DNA of 64,000 nucleotides from Bacillota bacterium (GTDB lineage Bacteria; Bacillota; JAAYKD01). Every line of letters begins with the position of its first letter. Within the stretch, counting starts at the first letter, position 1. The position numbers were made by a program, and so were the translations under genes. The stretch spans positions 672,001 through 736,000 of the forward strand of contig OY762825.2 in the NCBI GenBank assembly GCA_963666425.2, in the 5' to 3' direction. The notes under the pieces were generated by a model that saw only the letters and a program-made list of their open reading frames with translations, had not been told where the DNA came from and ran no database searches. Below are positions 33,417 to 40,613 of this stretch, piece after piece.

Positions 33417-33491
33417 AAAAAACCGCAGGTATCCTGCAGCGAAGCATCACCCCTCGGGGTGCAGCTAGCGGAAGGATACCGAGCGGTTTTT
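33417..33491. repeat. 75-nt imperfect long hairpin, four copies
   Basis: AAAAACCGC-GGTATCCT-...CACCCC TC GGGGTG...-AGGATACC-GCGGTTTTT; other copies at 33744-33818, 35851-35925 and 37657-37731. Confidence 0.85.
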
Positions 33492-33620
33492 GTTATGGTT
33501 AGATTACCCCGATAGGCCAATCAAATCGATGCACGCGGAACGGTCAAGACCGTTCCCTACATTTTTCGAGTTGGTCAGATTATCAATTTACATCACTGAC
33601 GAGATGCTTTTTAGAACGAA

Positions 33621-33702
33621 GCATACAAGCAGATGCAATGCATACAAACAAATGCAATGCATACAAACAAATGCAATGCATACAAACAGATGCAATGCAT
33701 AC
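33621..33702. repeat. 19-bp minisatellite (GCATACAAACAGATGCAAT)n
   Basis: Four units here, about four degenerate units at 35745-35831, three units at 37553-37615, none in the first repeat module. Confidence 0.85.
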
Positions 33703-33861
33703 GAGCTGGGGTAAAGCATACAAGCATTTTACGAGATTACCGTAAAAAACCGCAGGTAACCTACAGCGAAGCATCACCCCTCGGGGTGCAGCTAGCGAAA
33801 GGACGCCGAGCGGTTTTTGTCATGCAAAGTTGAGCCTGATAGATTGAACAAATCGATACAT

Positions 33862-34083
33862 GCGGAACGGTCAAGACCGTTCCCTACCTTGCGAGTTGGT
33901 TGAAGTAACACCGCAATGTAATGAAGCTACGCCAAAACGGGTTACGCGGAACGGTCAAGACCGTTCCCTACCTTGCGAGTTGGTTGAAGTAACACCGCAG
34001 AACGATAGAGTTACGTCAGGACGGGGTACGCGGAACGGTCAAGACCGTTCCCTACCTTGCGAGTTGGTTGAAGTAACACCGCA
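33862..34083. repeat. 84-bp-period REP-linker tandem units
   Basis: REP plus CTTGCGAGTTGGTTGAAGTAACACCGCA repeated at 33862, 33946 and 34030 with related but diverged linkers. Confidence 0.85.
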
Positions 34084-34199
34084 ATGTTGCGTGTAGGTTG
34101 AAATAACACCGCAATGTAATGAAGCTACGCCGGGAACGCAGGGACGCCAGGACTGGGCACGCGGAACGGTCAAGACCGTTCCCTCGTATATACTAATAG

Positions 34200-34432
34200 T
34201 GCCAAGGTAACTCATTTACAGGGTACAGGAAGCGAGCCAAAGCCACTCTTTAGGTATCCAAGGGGTTTGCCCTTTGTGGTATAATTTTGTCAGGCAGAGG
34301 TCAACGTACCGTTCCCTGGGAATCGTTCCTGTGATGTAGAGTGTTGCCTCTGATCTGACAGAAATCTGCGTATTGGCTGGATAGGGTAAAATCCTTGTAT
34401 TTCACGCGAGGTTGCAGCTGTCAGCGTCAGAG
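34200..34432 (+). ncRNA. Predicted IS110 bridge RNA, copy 1 (ends approximate)
   Basis: Target loop with LTG ACCGTTCCCT 34308-34317, inner hairpin and RTG ATGTAG 34334-34339 inside stem 34288-34360; donor loop with TGGCTGGAT 34374-34382 and CGAG 34407-34410. Confidence 0.82.
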
Positions 34433-34474
34433 AGATCATCCTTTGCCGCATTCCAGTTTGAGGAGTTGCTGTAA

Positions 34475-35647
34475 ATGATTACTTTTGGCGTAGACATCGG
34501 TAAATTCCGTCACCAGGCGATCGCGGTGGACGCCAGTGGTCAAGCGCTGGCTCCCTCGTTTGCATTTGAAAATTCCGAAGAGGGCTTTCAATTGTTTTTG
34601 CAGAAGGTCGCTCTTTACCAAAAGCAAGATGCAATTTGCGTCGGCATGGAAGCCACCGGTCATTACTGGCTGAATTTTTATTGTGTTTTACTCGATTTAG
34701 AAATTGAATTGCATGTGGTCAATCCCCTGCTCACCGACGCCATACGGCGCATGTCTGTCCGTAAAACCAAGACGGATACGGTGGATTGCGGTTATATCGC
34801 GGATGTGATCCGCATGGGACGTTATTCCGACGTAGCGGTACAAACGGAGGATGTCCAGAATTTACGCGAGTTATGCCGTTTCCGCTGTTCTCTGGTTGAT
34901 GAGATTGCAAAGCACAAAAACCATGTAATTGGCGTGCTGGATCATCTTTTTCCGGAATATCACAAGCTTTTTTCAGATATTTTCGGTAAAACTTCGCTGG
35001 AGTTGCTCAGCAAGTATCCGTCACCGGATGCCATTCTGAAGCTCGGCACAAAGCGGTTGGCTGATTTTTTAGCGAAGCATTCCCGCGGCAGTTTCGGTGA
35101 GGAAAAAGCGCTGGAGATCCGCAGCGCCTGCAAACACACAGTTGGGGTGAATAGAGCGAATGCTGCTCTATGCTTTGAATTACACCAAACCGTGGATCTG
35201 ATTCAATTCATTGAAGAACAGATTGACGCAATTGAGAATAAGATTGAGCAGATCTATTCCCAATGTGAATGCTATCTGGATACCATTATTGGTGTTGGAG
35301 TCACCTCGGCTGCGGTGATCTACTCGGAAATCGGCAATATTGATAATTTCGAAAATCCAAAGAAATTGGCGGCATTTGCCGGTATTGACCCTTCGATTAA
35401 GCAATCCGGTAATTTCACTTCAACGCACAACACGATGTCGAAGCGAGGCTCACCTTATCTGCGCAGAGCGCTCTGGAATGCTGCAACGGTTGCCGCGCAA
35501 AAAGATCCGGTCATGTCTGCTTTTTACCAGAAGAAACGCGACGAAGGAAAAGATTATATGACGGCAATTGGAGCTGTTACACATAAATTATGCAACATTG
35601 TTTTTGCTGTTTTAAGGGATAAAAAGCCTTATGTTCCCAGAATATAA
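34475..35647 (+). CDS. IS110-family DEDD recombinase/transposase
   Basis: GVDIGK, GMEATG, KTDTVD (DEDD RuvC-like domain); C-terminal AFAGIDP-QSG with catalytic Ser, SKRGSPYLR. Confidence 0.96.
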   Translation: MITFGVDIGKFRHQAIAVDASGQALAPSFAFENSEEGFQLFLQKVALYQKQDAICVGMEATGHYWLNFYCVLLDLEIELHVVNPLLTDAIRRMSVRKTKTDTVDCGYIADVIRMGRYSDVAVQTEDVQNLRELCRFRCSLVDEIAKHKNHVIGVLDHLFPEYHKLFSDIFGKTSLELLSKYPSPDAILKLGTKRLADFLAKHSRGSFGEEKALEIRSACKHTVGVNRANAALCFELHQTVDLIQFIEEQIDAIENKIEQIYSQCECYLDTIIGVGVTSAAVIYSEIGNIDNFENPKKLAAFAGIDPSIKQSGNFTSTHNTMSKRGSPYLRRALWNAATVAAQKDPVMSAFYQKKRDEGKDYMTAIGAVTHKLCNIVFAVLRDKKPYVPRI

Positions 35648-36007
35648 TTTTCGTTTTGCCACTTGACGTTTGATAGCTGGCTACATTTTTTGAGTTGGTC
35701 AGATTATCAATTTATATCACTGACGAGATGCTTTTAAGAACGAAGTATACAAACAGATGCAATGTCATACGAGCAAGAGCAATGCATACAAACAGATGCA
35801 ATGCATACAAACAAGAGCAATGTCATACGAGCATTTTACGAGATTACCGTAAAAAACCGCAGGCATCCTGCAGCGAAGCATCACCCCTCGGGGTGCAGCT
35901 AGCGGAAGGATACCGAGCGGTTTTTGTCATGCAGAGTTGAGCCTGATAGATTGATCAAATCGATGCGTGCGGAACGGTCAAGACCGTTCCCTCGTATATA
36001 CTAGTAG

Positions 36008-36240
36008 TGCCAAGGTAACTCATTTACAGGGTACAGGAAGCGAGCCAAAGCCACTCTTTAAGTATCCAAGGGGTTTGCCCTTTGTGGTATAATTTTGTCA
36101 GGCAGAGGTCAACGTACTGTTCCCTGGGAATCGTTCCTGTGATGTAGAGTGTTGCCTCTGATCTGACAGAAATCTGCGTATTGGCTGGATAGGGTAAAAT
36201 CCTTGTATTTCACGCGAGGTTGCAGCTGTCAGCGTCAGAG
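36008..36240 (+). ncRNA. Predicted IS110 bridge RNA, copy 2 (variant left target guide)
   Basis: Same layout as copy 1, but the LTG reads ACTGTTCCCT (36116-36125). Confidence 0.8.
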
Positions 36241-36282
36241 AGATCATCCTTTGCCGCATTCCAGTTTGAGGAGTTGCTGTAA

Positions 36283-37455
36283 ATGATTACTTTTGGCGTA
36301 GACATCGGTAAATTCCGTCACCAGGCGATCGCGGTGGACGCCAGTGGTCAAGCGCTGGCTCCCTCGTTTGCATTTGAAAATTCCGAAGAGGGCTTTCAAT
36401 TGTTTTTGCAGAAGGTCGCTTTTTACCAAAAGCAAGATGCAATTTGCGTCGGCATGGAAGCCACCGGTCATTACTGGCTGAATTTTTATTGTGTTTTACT
36501 CGATTTAGGAATTGAATTGCATGTGGTCAATCCCCTGCTCACCGACGCCATACGGCGCATGTCTGTCCGTAAAACCAAGACGGATACGGTGGATTGCGGT
36601 TATATCGCGGATGTGATCCGCATGGGACGTTATTCCGACGTAGCGGTACAAACGGAGGATGTCCAGAATTTACGCGAGTTATGCCGTTTCCGCTGTTCTC
36701 TGGTTGATGAGATTGCAAAGCACAAAAACCATGTAATTGGCGTGCTGGATCACCTTTTTCCGGAATATCACAAGCTGTTTTCAGATATTTTCGGTAAAAC
36801 TTCGCTGGAGTTGCTCAGCAAGTATCCGTCACCGGATGCCATTCTGAAGCTCGGTACAAAGCGGTTGGCTGATTTTTTAGCGAAGCATTCCCGCGGCAGT
36901 TTCGGTGAGGAAAAAGCGCTCGAGATCCGCAGCGCCTGCAGACACACTGTTGGTGTGAATAGAGCGAACGCTGCTCTATGCTTTGAATTACACCAAACCG
37001 TGGATCTGATTCAATTCATTGAAGAACAGATTGACGCAATTGAGAATAAGATTGAGCAGATCTATTCCCAATGTGAATGCTATCTGGATACCATTATTGG
37101 TGTTGGAGTCACCTCGGCTGCGGTGATCTACTCGGAAATCGGCAATATTGATAATTTCGAAAATCCAAAGAAATTGGCGGCATTTGCCGGTATTGACCCT
37201 TCGATTAAGCAATCCGGTAATTTCACTTCAACGCACAACACGATGTCGAAGCGAGGCTCACCTTATCTGCGCAGAGCGCTCTGGAATGCCGCAACGGTTG
37301 CCGCGCAAAAAGATCCGGTCATGTCTGCTTTTTACCAGAAGAAACGCGACGAAGGAAAAGATTATATGACGGCAATTGGAGCTGTTACACATAAATTATG
37401 CAACATTGTTTTCGCTGTTTTAAGGGATAAAAAGCCTTATGTTCCCAGAATATAA
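36283..37455 (+). CDS. IS110-family DEDD recombinase/transposase, copy 2
   Basis: 390 aa, three substitutions versus copy 1 (L>F, E>G, K>R), catalytic motifs intact. Confidence 0.96.
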   Translation: MITFGVDIGKFRHQAIAVDASGQALAPSFAFENSEEGFQLFLQKVAFYQKQDAICVGMEATGHYWLNFYCVLLDLGIELHVVNPLLTDAIRRMSVRKTKTDTVDCGYIADVIRMGRYSDVAVQTEDVQNLRELCRFRCSLVDEIAKHKNHVIGVLDHLFPEYHKLFSDIFGKTSLELLSKYPSPDAILKLGTKRLADFLAKHSRGSFGEEKALEIRSACRHTVGVNRANAALCFELHQTVDLIQFIEEQIDAIENKIEQIYSQCECYLDTIIGVGVTSAAVIYSEIGNIDNFENPKKLAAFAGIDPSIKQSGNFTSTHNTMSKRGSPYLRRALWNAATVAAQKDPVMSAFYQKKRDEGKDYMTAIGAVTHKLCNIVFAVLRDKKPYVPRI

Positions 37456-37743
37456 TTTTCGTTTTGCCACTTGACGTTTGATAGCTGGCTACATTTTTCG
37501 AGTTGGTCAAATTATCAATTTACATCACTGACGAGATGCTTTTAAGAACGAAGCATACAAACAGATGCAATGCATACAAACAGATGCAATGCATACAAAC
37601 AGATGCAATGCATACGAGCTGGGGTAAAGCATACAAGCATTTTACGAGATTACCGTAAAAAACCGCAGGTATCCTGCAGCGAAGCATCACCCCTCGGGGT
37701 GCAGCTAGCGAAAGGACGCCGAGCGGTTTTTGTCGTGATGGGT

Positions 37744-38517
37744 TTATACAATCGGTTTTTCCTGTGGCATCAGCCTAAGCGCCAATGCATCGCCGTTTCC
37801 ATTCGGCTGGTAATCGATGTTGGCTTTTCTAGCCTGACTACCCTGCAAATTGCGGGGAATTCGATACTGTCTGCCCTCTTTGCGAAAATTCGCCCCGGTT
37901 TGCTTAAAATGAAAAGCAACCCGATGCGCAATACACTGCTCCCGGATCTTTAAGACCCAAGCATAATCGCAGACCCGCACATCCACCCCCGACTCGCCGC
38001 CAACCACCACCTGCTGAATTTGCGGTGTCAGAAAAGGTGAAAGATCTTCCGGTCCCAGCAAAGGTTCACAAATGATCAATTTCGTGCGAATTGCAGCTTT
38101 GAGAAAAATTGGTAAACGGTACTCCACCATCTCCTGATTCTCTACCGTGCAGCCGATCGTCACATTGGCGTATCCTTCACCCCAATCGGGCGGCAGACAC
38201 TCCTGCATGCGGTGGATCCGCTTCGTGATAAAGAAAAAATTCAAGTCAGAACGCTGCCGCATCATCTGCCAGGCTTGCGGCCGCCAAGCGTCGGCATCCT
38301 CCAGAAAAAAATCAGAAGTGAAGCAGGTATAAACCGTTTCCCCGCTCGGAATCTTATATTCACCCTGGCGGTTGCGTTTGAGCGGCAAGTCAAAATAGTT
38401 GGTTTTCCGCACGAGACTGCTGTCCAGTTGATGCCGCCCATCCATCCGGTAAACATAACAATTCAGACAGCCTGCGCTGAATTTATGACAGCCGTGCCAA
38501 AGATTCCAAGACGCCAT
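37744..38517 (-). CDS. DUF5131 (phage Gp37/Gp68-like, radical SAM-like) protein
   Basis: WNLWHGCHKFSAGCLNCY (three-Cys motif), TSDFF, TKRI, EPLL, VGGESG, FKQTG. Confidence 0.88.
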   Translation of the reverse strand: MASWNLWHGCHKFSAGCLNCYVYRMDGRHQLDSSLVRKTNYFDLPLKRNRQGEYKIPSGETVYTCFTSDFFLEDADAWRPQAWQMMRQRSDLNFFFITKRIHRMQECLPPDWGEGYANVTIGCTVENQEMVEYRLPIFLKAAIRTKLIICEPLLGPEDLSPFLTPQIQQVVVGGESGVDVRVCDYAWVLKIREQCIAHRVAFHFKQTGANFRKEGRQYRIPRNLQGSQARKANIDYQPNGNGDALALRLMPQEKPIV

Positions 38518-38736
38518 CTTTGCACCTCCTGAGCAACACTTGTGATCAGACAGCCTGCGCTGAATTTATGACAACCGTGCCAAAGATTCCAAGACGCCAT
38601 CTTTGCACCTCCTGAGCAACACTTGTGACTAGACAGCCTGCGCTGAATTTATGACAGCCGTGCCAAAGATTCCAGGATGCCATCTTTGCACCTCCTGTGC
38701 AGCGCTTGTGATCAGACAGCTTGCGCCGATTTTATA
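38464..38736 (-). repeat. 83-bp tandem repeat (3 full units plus a partial) containing the RBS and first 18 codons of DUF5131
   Basis: Units start at 38464, 38547, 38630 and 38713; each full unit carries AGGAGG-TGCAAAG-ATG encoding MASWNLWHGCHKFSAGCL. Confidence 0.9.
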
Positions 38737-39622
38737 GCTTTTGTTCCCACAACTGATAACCCTGACCGGCTTTGGCCTGGTAACCGTTTTTCAGTAAATA
38801 ATCCACCACCGGATCGCGGGCATCTGCCCAGAACATCGCAGCATTATAATCATGTTTGACTACTTCCGCTTCAATCGCCGGCAAAGCCCGTTGCCAAACG
38901 GCAGGCTCCTGCGCCACCTGCCCCATAATCAAATAACCTTGATCAGCTAAATCATCTTCGTCTCCGTAAAAGGCATCGATCCAGGCCAGTGTTCTACCGT
39001 TTTCCTGATAGCGAAAGAAATGCGGCTGATCATCATAGAGGATCGCCTCTTTCATCTGATCGTTTTTACCCAGCACAATAAAATCAAAGCATACCATAAA
39101 CCCATTGGCAGCAATTGCGGCAGGATTTTTAGCCATCGCTGCCGTATAACCCGCAATCTCTTCTGCGCCGGCCGGTTCCCAGCCTCCTACCACCTCATTT
39201 GGCTGCCGGATGCCGTTTTTGATGTAAGCCTGATACTCGAATACTTTTTCAAATCCCGCTAAACCTGTAACATGCTGTGAAACGTGATTATCGGCATCGA
39301 TGCCACAGCGAGCCACTCGAAAACCTTTGCTCCTGGCAAAAGCCACGCTGTTGGCAGACATCGCTTTGCCGATGCCTTTGCCCTGCATTTCCGGTGCAAT
39401 GCGAATCCCCTGCAGCCAGCAGTTCTCCTCGTCTAAATAAGCGATGTGTGTGGTTCCCACCGGTTTGCCATCCCAAAGAGCGACAAAGGTCATTCCCTTT
39501 TCCGGATGCTGCAGCCACTCTTGCCAACTAAAAATAACATAATCGTCTTCATCTGCCACCCGCGGCAGCATTTCCTTAATCTCCGGCCAATGACACAGTT
39601 GTGCCTCTACGATTTCTAACAT
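38732..39622 (-). CDS. GNAT-family N-acetyltransferase
   Basis: IRIAPEMQGKGIGK acetyl-CoA motif A, N-VSQH-GF. Confidence 0.8.
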   Translation of the reverse strand: MLEIVEAQLCHWPEIKEMLPRVADEDDYVIFSWQEWLQHPEKGMTFVALWDGKPVGTTHIAYLDEENCWLQGIRIAPEMQGKGIGKAMSANSVAFARSKGFRVARCGIDADNHVSQHVTGLAGFEKVFEYQAYIKNGIRQPNEVVGGWEPAGAEEIAGYTAAMAKNPAAIAANGFMVCFDFIVLGKNDQMKEAILYDDQPHFFRYQENGRTLAWIDAFYGDEDDLADQGYLIMGQVAQEPAVWQRALPAIEAEVVKHDYNAAMFWADARDPVVDYLLKNGYQAKAGQGYQLWEQKL

Positions 39623-40602
39623 TCTACATCCTCTTCCTCTTGGTCCGGCTCGATTTCCTGCTCCATTTCACCCTGCCAGCCTTCTTCCAAGGCAAATTCC
39701 CGCAGTTTTCGCAAACGGTGATTCAAAGCGGATTTGCTGATACCAAGCCGCTCTCCTAATTCTTTCAAAGATAAATTTGTGTGTTCCAACCTACCCTCGG
39801 CGGCTTGGATTAAACCTGGCGACAGCCGGCTAAGCGCTCCGTGCCGTTCCAGCCAACTGATATAGGCACATTGCTGCAGCGAGGCTTCAATCACCTTATC
39901 CAGATTGGCCATTTCACAGTTGGTGGTGCGGTTGATCGCATTGCGGGTCTCCTTCAGCACGCGGGTGTTTTCATATTCCAGCATGGAATTGATGGCGCCA
40001 ATCATGGTCAGAAAATCCGAAATACAGTTGCTGTCTTTCAGATAAACCACCTGGCTGCCCTTGCGTTCGATAATATGCGGATTCAGCTCATGCTGATCCA
40101 GTAAATGGCAGAGCTGCACCGCATGCTCCGGCCAATGCGTGATTAATTCCAAATGATAGGTTTTCTTGATCGGATCACTTAAAGAACCGGTCGCCAAAAA
40201 CACCCCGCGCAAATAAGCATGCCGGCAGCAATCCCATTGAATCACCTGATCGGAAATGCTATGCGAGTTGAGCAGCATCTGTTCGTCTTTACCGAGCAGT
40301 TGCAGCAAATCCTGAACCTGCTGCGTACCATTCACCGCCACCAGATAGCTGTTGACTTTATAAAGCCGTTCTTCCTGGCGGGAATAGATTTCCGCTTTGA
40401 AGTGCATCTTCTCACTGATCAGCCGATAAATCCGATTGGCGATGCGGCCGCTCTGCGTGATGATATGCAGGGAAAGTCCCAGCGACGACAACGTCAGGGT
40501 GCCAATGGTATCGATTATCCCAGCCAGTTCCGCTTTGTAACAGCAAGGCCGAAAATCCCACTTGCTGGCCAATTCTTCTTTCACTTTGGCCGCAAAAGAC
40601 AT
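39616..40602 (-). CDS. whiA: DNA-binding protein WhiA
   Basis: MSFAAKVKEEL, YLRGVFLATGS-SDP-YHLE, NCEMANLDK, SKSALNHRLRKL. Confidence 0.93.
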   Translation of the reverse strand: MSFAAKVKEELASKWDFRPCCYKAELAGIIDTIGTLTLSSLGLSLHIITQSGRIANRIYRLISEKMHFKAEIYSRQEERLYKVNSYLVAVNGTQQVQDLLQLLGKDEQMLLNSHSISDQVIQWDCCRHAYLRGVFLATGSLSDPIKKTYHLELITHWPEHAVQLCHLLDQHELNPHIIERKGSQVVYLKDSNCISDFLTMIGAINSMLEYENTRVLKETRNAINRTTNCEMANLDKVIEASLQQCAYISWLERHGALSRLSPGLIQAAEGRLEHTNLSLKELGERLGISKSALNHRLRKLREFALEEGWQGEMEQEIEPDQEEEDVEC

Positions 40603-40613
40603 AAGATCACCTT

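Larger units (their letters stand above)
34183..35682 (+). mobile_element. IS110-family element, copy 1, inserted at the CT core of a REP
   Basis: Removing the element restores ...GACCGTTCC-CT-ACATTTT; CT at both ends (34183-84, 35681-82); no terminal inverted repeats; long 5' non-coding end. Confidence 0.93.
33303..35992 (-). repeat. Seven co-oriented GTAG-type REP palindromes (GTAGGGAACGGTCTTGACCGTTCCGC)
   Basis: Identical 26-mers at 33303-33328, 33535-33560, 33862-33887, 33946-33971 and 34030-34055, plus IS-interrupted copies at 34161-34184 and 35969-35992; 9-bp stem GGAACGGTC/GACCGTTCC with a 5' GTAG foot on the minus strand. Confidence 0.85.
35991..37490 (+). mobile_element. IS110-family element, copy 2, inserted at the CT core of another REP
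   Basis: Same length and ends as copy 1, about 15 substitutions by eye; flanks restore REP-CT-ACATTTTTCG. Confidence 0.93.

Noticed and set aside
33243-34096. Short ORFs across the repeat array (also 35695-35940 and 37570-37953)
   Set aside because: They are translations of REP and minisatellite DNA with no RBS, and their frames differ between copies
33862-34184. CRISPR array (palindromic repeat at regular 84-bp spacing)
   Set aside because: The intervening sequences are homologous to each other rather than unique spacers, spacing elsewhere is irregular, and no cas genes are present
34183-35682. Terminal inverted repeats, a classical target-site duplication or IS1111-type organisation
   Set aside because: The ends are not inverted repeats, only the 2-bp CT core is repeated, and the long non-coding region is upstream of the gene as in the IS110 group
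37744-38517. Prophage remnant suggested by the Gp37/Gp68-like gene
   Set aside because: No integrase, structural or other phage genes nearby; the gene appears to end a chromosomal operon
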